Counted from the stretch's first letter, positions 9,708 to 19,062 are shown. The stretch is DNA of 62,000 nucleotides from Roseibacillus sp. (GCA_002709395.1 PAQU01000054.1:68174-130173); one strand, 5' to 3'. Numbers and translations: made by a program. The notes: a model not told the origin generated them from the sequence alone.

Positions 9708-10409
9708 TTACTTCTTGCGCCTCAGGAAGCATAGAAGAGCAAGGCCGATTCCTCCCAGGAGGGTGGAAGTCGGTTCGGGGATCTGGAAGGTTCCCGCAGG
9801 GAAGGGCGGGGTTGCGGTGACGTTCGTGCCGTTGTCAGACCCCCCGTCAAAGTTGTCGTCTCCGTCCCATTCGTTGGGTCCGGAGAAGCTCCAGTTTGCC
9901 GGGTTGAATGTCCCGCCATTGGCAAGAACTCCATTGTTCCGATAGGCCCACCCGTCCACGGTATCCCAGGGCGTGCCAGTTCCGTCGGTGTTAATGTCCC
10001 CGAAGACATCGATAACGCTCTCGTCACCTGAGAATGCTCCCGTGGAGTCAAAAAAAAGTTCAATGGCATCATCGCCATTGTGATTGATCCCGTTTCCGGC
10101 CAAATGTCCCGGTTCACTCCCGAACCACTGGGTGGCATCGTCGAGTTCAGTAGTGACGAGGAAGAAACTCCCCGCTGCGAGTGCCTGGCTGGGAAGGATG
10201 GACTCAACGCCATCTGTGCCTCCTCCGTTGTTTGCAACGCCCACGGCGAACTGGGCAAGGTCCGCAATATCCGAGGTTGCGAAGAGCTCGATACCTTTGG
10301 GATCTCCCCCCGGTAAAGGGCCATCAAAGACCCCGGTGATGATGAGAGCCCCCGGAGAGGAGATTGTTAGACCTCCCCCGATGGCGAGCAGAGTGGCGAT
10401 GGCTTTCAT
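9708..10409 (-). CDS. PEP-CTERM-anchored secreted protein with lamin-tail-like beta domain
   Basis: N-terminal signal peptide. C-terminal IPEPTSTLLGGIGLALLCFLRRKK, which is a PEP motif plus TM helix plus basic tail. Body shows KGIELF...GDDAIELF...DVFGD...DGWAYR repeats reminiscent of LTD-type domains. Confidence 0.75.
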   Translation of the reverse strand: MKAIATLLAIGGGLTISSPGALIITGVFDGPLPGGDPKGIELFATSDIADLAQFAVGVANNGGGTDGVESILPSQALAAGSFFLVTTELDDATQWFGSEPGHLAGNGINHNGDDAIELFFDSTGAFSGDESVIDVFGDINTDGTGTPWDTVDGWAYRNNGVLANGGTFNPANWSFSGPNEWDGDDNFDGGSDNGTNVTATPPFPAGTFQIPEPTSTLLGGIGLALLCFLRRKK

Positions 10410-10566
10410 GCGGAAGGATGTCCTATGATACTTTGCGGAGGGAAGGAATCGAAAATTCGGGAGAAATCATTACGTGTCCCCGTTATTCTGCTCATATTGA
10501 TATCTTCTATTTGCACGATTTTGGTGCGAGCTTGCTGGATTCGATCGAGGAGCCTAAGCATGGGGC

Positions 10567-11694
10567 ATGCCCGGGCCGGTTCATGCTGTGATTGGGAGCG
10601 ATGATGGACGTGTTTCGGAGGAAGCCCTGGCTCTCTTTAACGAACTCAAACCCCAGGGAGACGCCGAGGAGTTCACCAATGACCTGGTTGAGGGGACGGC
10701 AGCCAACGCCGAGGAGGCCTATCAGGTCTGCGCGAGCGCAATCGAGGCCCTGCAGACCGTAGGATTCTTTGGTTCGGATAAGATCGTGTGGCTGAAGGGC
10801 GCCAACTTTCTTGCGGATGACCGAACGGGAGGCTCAGAGAGAGCCAAGCAGGGAGTAGAAGATTTGCTGGATGTTCTAAAGGGGGGAATTGGCGAAGAAG
10901 TGACCTTCCTCATCAGCGCCAGCGCGATCGACAAGCGGAGGGGCTTTTACAAATGGCTCCAGAAAAATGCGGAGGTGGCGATCTTTGACAAGATAGATGT
11001 GACCAAGGATGGCTGGGAAGGAGAGGTTGGTCGACTGGTGACGACGCGGGCCAAGGAGCTGGAGCTTGCTTTTGAGGACGAAGCTCTCGAGCTATTCGTA
11101 CAAATGGTGGGGGAAGAGACGCGGCAGATCGGTAACGAACTTGAGAAGCTCAATCTCTATCTCGGGGACAGGCGAATGGTAGAGCTGGAAGATGTGCGGG
11201 CGATTGTTCCCTTGAGCCGCAAGGGGGTGATCTGGGAGATCAGCCGGGCCCTTGAAAGCCGTGATTCCGCCCGGGCAATCACGCTGATGGATGCTCAGCT
11301 TGAGCGGGGAGAAAGCGCGATAGGCCTCATTCGTGCAGCCATTATTCCAACGGTGCGCAATCTATTTACAATCCGCGTTTTGCTGGACGCATACCCGGAC
11401 CTTCCTCTTCGAAGCGCCCAATCCTTTACGGCTGCGCTGAATCGTCTCCCAGACGGGGAGAAGGGATGGCTGCCCCGGACCAAGAGCGGAAGCGTGAACG
11501 CCTGGGGCTTGTTCTTCGCGGCCCGGAGGGCGGGCCAGGTGACCACTGCAGAGATGCGCCATTCTCTGGAGGCGGTGCTGGAGGCAGACAAGTGCCTGGT
11601 GACTACCCAGCTGGATGCCCGGATGGTTCTTCATCGCCTGGTGGCGGAACTGACGATGGGCAGGGGAAGGGGCCAAGGGCGCAAGAGTGCGTGA
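10567..11694 (+). CDS. holA: DNA polymerase III delta subunit
   Basis: Length and overall pattern fit: an N-terminal clamp-loader-like region (VHAVIGSDDGRVSEEAL..LFNEL) and a helical C-terminal domain. No sharp catalytic motif is available, so this is called by overall resemblance. Confidence 0.7.
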   Translation: MPGPVHAVIGSDDGRVSEEALALFNELKPQGDAEEFTNDLVEGTAANAEEAYQVCASAIEALQTVGFFGSDKIVWLKGANFLADDRTGGSERAKQGVEDLLDVLKGGIGEEVTFLISASAIDKRRGFYKWLQKNAEVAIFDKIDVTKDGWEGEVGRLVTTRAKELELAFEDEALELFVQMVGEETRQIGNELEKLNLYLGDRRMVELEDVRAIVPLSRKGVIWEISRALESRDSARAITLMDAQLERGESAIGLIRAAIIPTVRNLFTIRVLLDAYPDLPLRSAQSFTAALNRLPDGEKGWLPRTKSGSVNAWGLFFAARRAGQVTTAEMRHSLEAVLEADKCLVTTQLDARMVLHRLVAELTMGRGRGQGRKSA

Positions 11695-11767
11695 GGGGCA
11701 TGGCTTCAGCGAGCAGGAGCCAAAACGTGTTCTTGATTAACGCGATCTTCGTGGTGCTCTGGAGCTA

Positions 11768-12142
11768 ATGAAAATCTTAATGATTGGTCTCCTTGTGGGC
11801 GCGGCAGCTGGTCTTGCCGGGGCCCTCTGTGGAGTAGGAGGAGGGATTCTCATGGTGCCAGCCTTTGTTCTCGTCCTTGGGATGGGACAAAAGCATGCGG
11901 TGGCGACTTCCCTGGCGATTGTTGTGGTGACCGCGCTGGCGGGGACTGCGAATCACGTCCTGAGGAAAAGTGAACTGATCGACTGGAAACTTGTGGCGTG
12001 CACAGCCGTGGGAGCGGCCGTGGCGGCGTGGTATGGGACCGAGCTGATGAGAAACCTGAGCAACCAGCAGCTCAGCCGGATTTTCGGGATTCTCCTTATT
12101 CTGGTAGGCGCCCGGATGCTGATCATGAAGACCGCCGCTTGA
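11768..12142 (+). CDS. Half-size TSUP (TauE/SafE) family membrane transporter subunit
   Basis: GVGGGILMVPAFVLVLGM motif and roughly four hydrophobic segments in 124 aa. Confidence 0.65.
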   Translation: MKILMIGLLVGAAAGLAGALCGVGGGILMVPAFVLVLGMGQKHAVATSLAIVVVTALAGTANHVLRKSELIDWKLVACTAVGAAVAAWYGTELMRNLSNQQLSRIFGILLILVGARMLIMKTAA

Positions 12143-12189
12143 ATAGCGGTCATGATCCGGTCTGCCAGTGGAGGCAGCGGAGCAGGCGC

Positions 12190-13320
12190 CTATCGTTCGC
12201 CGATGGGTGGGACCGGGCTGAGCTCCTGAGAACCGGCCCATTTGGTTAGTGGCCGGTAGAGCCGGTTGTCCTCAAGTTGTTCGAGAACCTGGGCGGTCCA
12301 GCCACTGGTCCGGGCAATCGCGAAGATGGGAGTAAATAGATCTGTAGGCAGACCCAGAGAGTAGTAAACGGTAGCGGAGTAGAAGTCCACGTTGGCATTG
12401 AGGCCTTTCTTTTCCTTCATGAGCTGGGCAATTCGCTCCGACATTTCCACCCATTTGGGTTCGCCCAGTTCCGCGGTAAGCTTGCGCGCCATTCGCTTGA
12501 GATGGGGCGCGCGAGGATCAAGGACCTTGTAGATCCGGTGGCCGATGCCCATGATCTTACGTTTGTTAGCGAGGGCGTCTTCGATATAGGCGTCCACCTT
12601 GTCGACGGATCCAATTTCCTCGAGCATCTTGATCACGCCCTCATTTGCCCCGCCATGAAGCGGGCCCTTGAGGGTGCCGATTGCGGAGGTGATTGCGGAG
12701 TAGAAGTCCGAGAGAGTTGCGATGGTGACCCGGGCGGAGAAGGTTGAAGCATTCATGCCGTGGTCTGCGTGCAGGATGTAGGCGACATCAAGGGTCTTGG
12801 TGGCTTGTTCGCCCGGCTCCTCTCCAGTATAAAGGTAAATGAAATGCCCGGCTTCGGAGAGGTCCTCCCGGACCGGTGGCAGATCGAGGCCCTGACGGGC
12901 GCGGTGGTAGTAAGCGACAATAGTGCCTACCTGGGCGCAGATCGACATGGCGACCTCACGGTTGGCTTCGTGGTCTGGTTCGCCAATCTTGGCTCGCTTG
13001 TCGTAGAGGCCGAGCATTGAGATCGCGGTCCGCAGGATATCCATCGGGCCTGCATCCCTCGGTGCGGACTGGAGGTAATCGATGACGCCCTGGGGAATGG
13101 CCCGGCGGCTCGCCAGATCTTTCTTGAAGGCATCGAGCTCGGCCTGGGAGGGAAGCTTCCGATGGTGAAGCAGGTAGACGACTTCCTCGTAGCAGCAGTG
13201 CTCAACGAGGTCGTCGATATGGTAACCAAGGTAGGAAAGGCGCCCGTCAAGGCCTTCGACGTTCGAAAGGACAGACTCGTTGGCGGTGACTCCTTCTAGG
13301 CCTTTAGCGTAATCGGACAT
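12190..13320 (-). CDS. gltA: Citrate synthase (short, ~376-aa form)
   Basis: GPLHGGAN, MGIGHRIYK and VDFYSA catalytic motifs. Trimmed to the ATG at 13320 (MSDYAKGLEGV...). The 52 upstream codons in the track ORF look non-coding. Confidence 0.92.
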   Translation of the reverse strand: MSDYAKGLEGVTANESVLSNVEGLDGRLSYLGYHIDDLVEHCCYEEVVYLLHHRKLPSQAELDAFKKDLASRRAIPQGVIDYLQSAPRDAGPMDILRTAISMLGLYDKRAKIGEPDHEANREVAMSICAQVGTIVAYYHRARQGLDLPPVREDLSEAGHFIYLYTGEEPGEQATKTLDVAYILHADHGMNASTFSARVTIATLSDFYSAITSAIGTLKGPLHGGANEGVIKMLEEIGSVDKVDAYIEDALANKRKIMGIGHRIYKVLDPRAPHLKRMARKLTAELGEPKWVEMSERIAQLMKEKKGLNANVDFYSATVYYSLGLPTDLFTPIFAIARTSGWTAQVLEQLEDNRLYRPLTKWAGSQELSPVPPIGER

Positions 13321-13478
13321 GGGTATCAATAAGGTGGAAGATGCATGAGAGCTTCCCGGGGGGGCAGCATGCGCCCCGCGAAAAAAGCGGTCCGGAGGGG
13401 TCGGTGCAAGAGGTAATAGATGAAGAATTCGATTAGTTTCTTCATTGGAGACTTTCCGGATAGGGTTACCATCCAAGC

Positions 13479-14162
13479 GTGGGAGAGGGATACAGGATCG
13501 CGATCGAAACCAGCGTATCGCACGGCTCGGTGGCCTTATGCCTAAAGGAGGAGATCATATTTAATCGAAAATTTGAGGCGGGCCGGCGCCCCTCGGAATT
13601 ACTTCCCCGGATCCTGCGGGAGGCACTTGGCCATGTGGGGAGTGGATCTGTTGAGCTTGTTCTGATCGGAACGGGTCCCGGGAGCTATAATGGGGCCCGC
13701 GTCGGGATTGCGGCGGGGCAGGGGATAGCGATTGTCCACCAATGTCCGGTGGTGGGGATTTCCTCCCTGGAGGGTCTCGCGGTTGTGAGGTCCGGCGTTC
13801 CTTGTCTGGCTCTGGGCGATGCCCGGAGAGGAACGTTTTTCACCCTTGAGCTCATGGAAGGGAAGCTGGCTGGAAGCCCCTCTTTATTGGAGCATCCGGA
13901 ATTCCGGCAACGGGCTGGAGTGGCTGCGGGCAGGGACTGGACCCTTGTCAGCCTCGAGGGGCCGGAACGGCTGGATCTTCCCGGCCATGAGGTTCTTGTA
14001 GAAGTTCCCTCGGCAGCGCTCCTGTTCCAGGCGTGGGAGGAACGCTCCCTGGAGGAGCAGCAAAAACTGCGCGAGATTCCACCCGAGCCTTTTTACCTGC
14101 GCGCGCCCCACATCACTCAGCCCAGGCGGGGATCAGGACCAGAGCCTGATAGATCGCACTAG
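13479..14162 (+). CDS. tsaB: tRNA t6A37 biosynthesis protein TsaB (YeaZ)
   Basis: IAIETSVSHGSVAL and GTGPGSYNGARVGIAAGQGIA motifs; GTG start. Confidence 0.8.
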   Translation: MGEGYRIAIETSVSHGSVALCLKEEIIFNRKFEAGRRPSELLPRILREALGHVGSGSVELVLIGTGPGSYNGARVGIAAGQGIAIVHQCPVVGISSLEGLAVVRSGVPCLALGDARRGTFFTLELMEGKLAGSPSLLEHPEFRQRAGVAAGRDWTLVSLEGPERLDLPGHEVLVEVPSAALLFQAWEERSLEEQQKLREIPPEPFYLRAPHITQPRRGSGPEPDRSH

Positions 14163-15890
14163 GGCAGATTCCCGGGTCTTGTTGGGAGGGTTGTCCCCGT
14201 AGGTGATGGAGTAGTGATATTCCAGAAGGTCTTCGGCAAAGGTGGGTTTCTGGTTCTCCCTAGCGAGCGAGCGTAGCTGCTGTCTGAGGGTTCGCCCCGG
14301 GGGCATCGGGTGCCCGCGTTGTGCACAGGCGTGTCGGAACCGGGCAAGATACCCCGGGGGCTCAGGAAGGAGGTCCTCGGAGAGACCGCCGGTTTTATGG
14401 GAGGGCTCACGGCGGAGGCGGAGGGTGAGAAATGAGAGGGGAACGCAGGCTATTCCCGCTCCGAGAGCGAGGTAGATCCAGAAGGCACTGTCTGACCCCG
14501 GGCGGGAGGCTGTAACGGGAGAGGAGTCGGGTTGCCTGTTTCCAGGAAGCGGCAACTGCTCACCTGCGTCCGCAACATCAATCCTTGTTCTGGATGCGGG
14601 AGGTGTGGTGTCGAAGACGACCCATCCAACCTTATCAAGATAGATCTCAGTCCAGGCATGAGCTTCATTTGCACGGAACATAAGATACCCGGGAGCCCCG
14701 TACCACTTGCCTCCGCTCCAGCCGTAGGCAATGCGGGAGGGAATGTTCAGCGCACGGCAAAGGAGGGCGCCAGCTGTGGCAAAGAATTCACAGTGTCCGC
14801 GTTTCTCATGACGGATAAAGTTGAGCATGGGATCAAACCCTTCCGGATTTTCGATCTCGAGGGAATACTGGTAGTTTTCCCAGAGAAGTTTTCGCAGTCC
14901 AACCAGTCTGGAGGCAGAGGTTCCCAGGGTCTTGCTGGAGAGGTTGATGATTTCATCGCGGAGCTTCTCGTTGGAAGGTAGCGCAAGCCGGGGAGAGTCT
15001 TCTGGCAGGGAAGGGAAGCTCAGTTTGTCGAGCTGTCCGGATTCAAGCAGGCTGGTCAGGGTGATGGTCTTGGCGGCTACCTCATAGATATAACCCTGCT
15101 CGGGGTCTTTTGCGGGGTTCAGCCTGAAGATCCCGGGGTCCACATGTCGGAGTTGGGGAACCCAGGCCCGAATTGCCCCTTGGGGGGCAGTGAGGAGGTC
15201 CTCCCCGCGCGGGTGAGAGGGCTGAATAATCTCTCCCCGGAGGACAGGACCCGGCCTCGTTTCCAGTTGCTCGAGATTGACGCTGCCGTTTTCGTCCGGG
15301 AGGAGCAGCCTGGGGCTCATGCCGACCGGGGTCCATGTTGCGTTATCGAACTTTTCGAGTGTGAAGGCTCGGAGGTAGGTCCTATTTCGGAGGAGGGCCC
15401 CGGCAGTCGCCTCATCCCTGGGCCGGAAGAAGATTTCCGGTTTGTTGGAAGGGCGGGCATTGCTACTGAGGGGGAGAGACCGCCGGCCCTGGGAATCCCA
15501 GAGCCAGTTTCCCGAAACGGTGCCGCCGTGGGAGCTGTTTTCGTTTTCGGGGCTCGATTGTGTAGGATCAGTCCGGGGAGGGGAGAACTTGTCGAACACG
15601 AACTGGGAAATGGATTCGGCATGAGGGGGGCCTACGCTCAGGAAGCAGAGCAGAAGACACTCTACGCCCAGGATCCCGAGGCCGACGGCGAGATAGTCGG
15701 ACCAGCGGGGTCTTCTGACAGAGCGGGCGACACTGGCTCGAGGCTTGAGCCTTTGGCGCCACATTCCGAGTCCGAGGACCAGGACGAGGACGGCAAGGCA
15801 GGTCCGGAGGACGGGATGCAGCTCTCCCGGCCAACCGCGCAGTAAAGCGTAGGAAGTGGTGACGGCCAGGATCAGGAAGATGCTGCGCAT
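14133..15890 (-). CDS. Transglutaminase-domain membrane protein (TgpA-like)
   Basis: N-terminal TM helices. Cys-His-Asp core: RGHCEFFATAGALLCRALNIPSRIAYGW, HAWTEIY and FDTTP. One C-terminal TM helix. Last gene of the MoxR operon. Confidence 0.8.
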   Translation of the reverse strand: MRSIFLILAVTTSYALLRGWPGELHPVLRTCLAVLVLVLGLGMWRQRLKPRASVARSVRRPRWSDYLAVGLGILGVECLLLCFLSVGPPHAESISQFVFDKFSPPRTDPTQSSPENENSSHGGTVSGNWLWDSQGRRSLPLSSNARPSNKPEIFFRPRDEATAGALLRNRTYLRAFTLEKFDNATWTPVGMSPRLLLPDENGSVNLEQLETRPGPVLRGEIIQPSHPRGEDLLTAPQGAIRAWVPQLRHVDPGIFRLNPAKDPEQGYIYEVAAKTITLTSLLESGQLDKLSFPSLPEDSPRLALPSNEKLRDEIINLSSKTLGTSASRLVGLRKLLWENYQYSLEIENPEGFDPMLNFIRHEKRGHCEFFATAGALLCRALNIPSRIAYGWSGGKWYGAPGYLMFRANEAHAWTEIYLDKVGWVVFDTTPPASRTRIDVADAGEQLPLPGNRQPDSSPVTASRPGSDSAFWIYLALGAGIACVPLSFLTLRLRREPSHKTGGLSEDLLPEPPGYLARFRHACAQRGHPMPPGRTLRQQLRSLARENQKPTFAEDLLEYHYSITYGDNPPNKTRESALVRSIRLWS

Positions 15891-15906
15891 GAAGTGGACT
15901 GGGAGG

Positions 15907-17058
15907 TCAGGGGTGGACCTTGAGGGCTCTCGCCCCGTAGCTGTGCTGGCGAATATCCACGAGGATGGCTGGGCGGTTGGGCAGGGTGTCTGCCCACGCT
16001 TCGGTTGGCATATCGGAAAGAATGATCAGGGAATGATCCTCCGGGACGTTCTCGACGATTGAGCTGAGGTCATGCGCTTCCGTGTCACTACGCCGAAGGG
16101 CGCGGGTGAGAGAAACGAGGAGAGACCCGAAGCTGCTCCGTGATACGACGGAAAGCGGTTGCCATTCGTTGAAGTCGGCGACAAAGGTTGTTGGGATCCC
16201 ATGCTCCCGGAGGTGCCTGAGGGTTCCGCAGGCCAGGGAGAGGGCCCATTCGAAGCGATCGGCCCGGATCAGTTGCCCAGACATACCGAAGGAATGGAAA
16301 ATGACCTTGCAGTGCCGGGGATAGAAGCCGGGGGGGTCGTTCTCCCGGATGCGTAAGCCCCGGCAGCGGGTGAGGGAACGGGCGGAGGCCGGCCAGTGGA
16401 TATGCTTGGCCGGATCGCCAGCTTGCCAGGGCCGGATTCCTCTTAATTCCCCCGGGGCGTTACCCGGGGTGATGCCGGGAAGGAGGGAGGCATCATGGAG
16501 GGATCCCTGGGTCGAGAGCTCCCGGGGCGTCAGGGGGCGGGGGAAAACCAGCAGCTCATTGGTCAGCACCCCTGAGGCTTTCACCGAGAAGAGGCCAAGG
16601 GGCATGTTGGTTTCGAGGGTGTAGTCGTGCTCGAGGTGGGCACTGCGTCCTGGGATGGAGCCGCGCAGATGGACCTCTGAAGATGATCCCGCGGCTGTCC
16701 AGGGAGCAAAGGTTCTGATGTCGACCTGACCCGCGAGCCTCAGCTCGATCTTGATGTTGAAGGCATCGAGCAGACTACGGTGGTTGTGCAGCAGGACCCG
16801 GAGGTCGAAGGAGTGATCGGCATAAACTCGTGTTGGCGCCCGCAGGCTGAGAGAGAGCCTTTTCAAGTTCTTCCGGACAAGAACCCATGATCCCGCGAGG
16901 AGAAGGCTACCGCTTGCTCCCAGAGTAATCAGGATTCCGTCGACCCGGAAAAAGCCCAGCACTGCAAGAGCGAGGGATGCGCCGAGGAGGATGGCACCGC
17001 GGGGAGTGAGCATGGGGAAATCTGGCGCTGGGCAGGAGATTGGGCCGGAGAGGCTCAC
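15907..17058 (-). CDS. DUF58-family protein (MoxR-associated)
   Basis: Two N-terminal TM helices and the IRPWQAGDPAKHIHWPASAR signature typical of DUF58. The GTG start sits 5 nt after the MoxR stop; an alternative ATG is at 17013. Confidence 0.75.
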   Translation of the reverse strand: MSLSGPISCPAPDFPMLTPRGAILLGASLALAVLGFFRVDGILITLGASGSLLLAGSWVLVRKNLKRLSLSLRAPTRVYADHSFDLRVLLHNHRSLLDAFNIKIELRLAGQVDIRTFAPWTAAGSSSEVHLRGSIPGRSAHLEHDYTLETNMPLGLFSVKASGVLTNELLVFPRPLTPRELSTQGSLHDASLLPGITPGNAPGELRGIRPWQAGDPAKHIHWPASARSLTRCRGLRIRENDPPGFYPRHCKVIFHSFGMSGQLIRADRFEWALSLACGTLRHLREHGIPTTFVADFNEWQPLSVVSRSSFGSLLVSLTRALRRSDTEAHDLSSIVENVPEDHSLIILSDMPTEAWADTLPNRPAILVDIRQHSYGARALKVHP

Positions 17059-17063
17059 GCCGG

Positions 17064-17978
17064 TCAGGGGACCGGGGTCTGGTCGAGAGCGGTGTTCAGG
17101 ATGGGGTCCGGGTCCAGGGTGTCCTCGGTGAGGAGGCGGTGGCGCAGGACGTGAGGATAGACCGCCTGGACGTGGTCAGGGTGCACAGCCGACTGGCCCT
17201 CCAGCAGGGCAAAGGCTCGAGCGGCGGCTTGAAGAGCAAGGGTTCCACGAACGGAAACGGCGTGGTCCTGTCCCGTCAGGGACCTGGCAGCCTGGCACAG
17301 GGCCAGGAGATAGCGTTGAAGATTTTCGGAGATGGAGAGTTGAGTAACTTCCTTCTGAAGAGCAGTCAGGTCCTCCAGTGGAAGAACGCATGGGGTGCTC
17401 TCCTGTGAGAGGGTTCCGCTTCCGTGAAGCTTGAGGATATCCAGTTGGCAGGTTTCCGGTGGGAGGGCCATCGGAATGGACAGGAGAAACCGGTCAAGCT
17501 GTGGCTCGGGCAGGGGAAAAGTTCCGGTAGAGGAGGTGTCATTCTGGGTGGCTACCACCAGAAAAGGGTCGGGGAGTTCCTTGGTTTCCCCATCAATGGA
17601 AACCTGCCTCTCGTTCATCGATTCGAGGAGGGCGGACTGGGTCCGGGGCGAGGCGCGGTTGATCTCGTCGGCGAGGAGCAGGTTGGAAAAGACGGGACCG
17701 GAAACGAAATCGAATTCACCGCTTTGCTGACGATAGATATTGTATCCGATAATATCTGAGGGAAGCAGGTCCGGGGTAAACTGGAGCCGCTTGAAGATGC
17801 CGCCAAGGGATGAGGCGAGAGTGGAGGCCAGCGAGGTCTTGCCGATCCCGGGAGGCCCTGTCACGAGGGCATGGCCCCGGGCAAGCAGGGCGGTTAGAAG
17901 CAGATCGGCCGCCTGCTCGGAACCAAGGATCGTCTCATTTAGGGTAGCGCGAAGGGTCTGAAGAGAGTTGTGAGGCAC
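17064..17978 (-). CDS. MoxR-family AAA+ ATPase
   Basis: Walker A GPPGIGKTSLA, Walker B LLADEINRASP, typical ~300-aa length; GTG start. Confidence 0.9.
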   Translation of the reverse strand: MPHNSLQTLRATLNETILGSEQAADLLLTALLARGHALVTGPPGIGKTSLASTLASSLGGIFKRLQFTPDLLPSDIIGYNIYRQQSGEFDFVSGPVFSNLLLADEINRASPRTQSALLESMNERQVSIDGETKELPDPFLVVATQNDTSSTGTFPLPEPQLDRFLLSIPMALPPETCQLDILKLHGSGTLSQESTPCVLPLEDLTALQKEVTQLSISENLQRYLLALCQAARSLTGQDHAVSVRGTLALQAAARAFALLEGQSAVHPDHVQAVYPHVLRHRLLTEDTLDPDPILNTALDQTPVP

Positions 17979-18074
17979 GTAGATGAGTTACCCGCGAAAC
18001 ACGGCGGAGAAAATGGGAAATTTCCACGGTTTCGGGAGTTAGCCGGTTATTTCCGCTTACAATGGAACGCTTAA

Positions 18075-18094
18075 GAGGCGCCGCGAGGTGCCTC
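18075..18094 (-). terminator. Possible stem-loop terminator downstream of purN
   Basis: gaggcgcc-gcga-ggtgcctc forms an 8-bp stem (one G-U pair) with a GNRA-type tetraloop, 19 nt after the purN stop. There is no strong U-tract, so this is weak. Confidence 0.3.
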
Positions 18095-18112
18095 GCTGGG
18101 ATTGTGGAGGGT

Positions 18113-18697
18113 TTAGTCGCGTCTCATTTCAGCGGCTACTTTTGCGATGGCTTCGGGGTAGATCCGATGCTCTTCGATCTGAATCCGGGAGTGGAGACTC
18201 TCGGCGGTGTCGTCAGATAGCACGGGGACCGCTGCCTGTGCGACGATTTGGCCTGTGTCCATCCCTGCGTCGACATAGTGCACAGTACACCCACTTTCCC
18301 TTGCTCCTGCCTCCAAAGCCTGAGCCCAGGCGTTCAGGCCGGGATAACTGGGAAGCAGGGAGGGATGTATATTGAGGATTCGCCCGCCGAAGGTATCGAG
18401 AAGGGGAGCGCGCAGCAGGCGCATGAAGCCAGCGAGGCAGATCAGCTCGACACCGGATTGATGAAGGGCCTCGGCGGTTTCCTGTTGTGCTTCTTCCGGA
18501 AATTTAGAGGTTAGGCCCCGACAGTCTATGAGCCCCGTTCGAAGCCCCGCCCGGGTCGCCCTCTCCAGGATGTAGGCGTTGGGGATATCACTGAGCACCA
18601 GGACGATCTCGGCCTCAAGCGTGCCGGCTGTGATGGCGTCGAGGATGGCCTGCATGTTGGAGCCGGAGCCGGAGCCGAGAATACCGAGGCGGATCAC
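18113..18697 (-). CDS. purN: Phosphoribosylglycinamide formyltransferase
   Basis: GILGSGSGSN, NIHPSLLP and VHYVDAGMDTG motifs; GTG start. Confidence 0.92.
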   Translation of the reverse strand: MIRLGILGSGSGSNMQAILDAITAGTLEAEIVLVLSDIPNAYILERATRAGLRTGLIDCRGLTSKFPEEAQQETAEALHQSGVELICLAGFMRLLRAPLLDTFGGRILNIHPSLLPSYPGLNAWAQALEAGARESGCTVHYVDAGMDTGQIVAQAAVPVLSDDTAESLHSRIQIEEHRIYPEAIAKVAAEMRRD

Positions 18698-18756
18698 AGC
18701 TGAATGTTAGGAGAGAAGGAGCGAAGAGACAAGCGCTCCGGGGGCCGTCTTGTAGA

Positions 18757-19062
18757 GTGTCCCGGCAGGGTTGCAGGGGCCTTGCAGAATTTCCTGTCGG
18801 GTGGCTTTCACTTGCCCCGGAAGAGGGTGACCCGCATAGTCCGGGCGCTGTGAAACTTGCGTGCGCTGTGCTTCTTACGATCGGGTGTGGATTGGCATTG
18901 TGCTCTTGTGAAACGGTTGATGACCGCAGGGCGGGCGGGGGGGCCTTCGGGAACTCCTACCTTGGCAAGCGCTTGGATTCGAACAATCCGGATCTCGACG
19001 GCAATCCTGATGAAAAGGGAAAGACTGCGCCTCCGTCCTACCAGCGGTGGCGGAATGAATAA
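18757..19062 (+). CDS. Hypothetical small lipoprotein (start uncertain)
   Basis: An internal hydrophobic stretch with Cys (LLTIGCGLALCSC) could be a lipobox if translation starts near VKLACAV. The only support is that it fills the purN/aminopeptidase gap. Confidence 0.3.
   Translation: MSRQGCRGLAEFPVGWLSLAPEEGDPHSPGAVKLACAVLLTIGCGLALCSCETVDDRRAGGGAFGNSYLGKRLDSNNPDLDGNPDEKGKTAPPSYQRWRNE

Noticed and set aside
9722-10327. 201-aa minus-strand ORF overlapping the PEP-CTERM gene in another frame
   Set aside because: It is an out-of-frame overlap. The 9708..10409 frame has both the signal peptide and the PEP-CTERM tail.
12190-13476. N-terminal extensions in track ORFs (gltA, leuD, GumN, azurin, leuA, larC, TPR gene and others)
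   Set aside because: In each case an internal ATG coincides with the start of family-typical sequence or a signal peptide, and the upstream codons look like translated intergenic DNA. Coordinates were trimmed accordingly.
14133-14162. Convergent gene overlaps (tsaB/transglutaminase 30 nt; esterase/cyclase 23 nt at 6118-6140; 3-nt gap at 23844/23848)
   Set aside because: Short 3'-end overlaps of convergent genes are common in compact GC-rich genomes, and nothing suggests a regulatory role.
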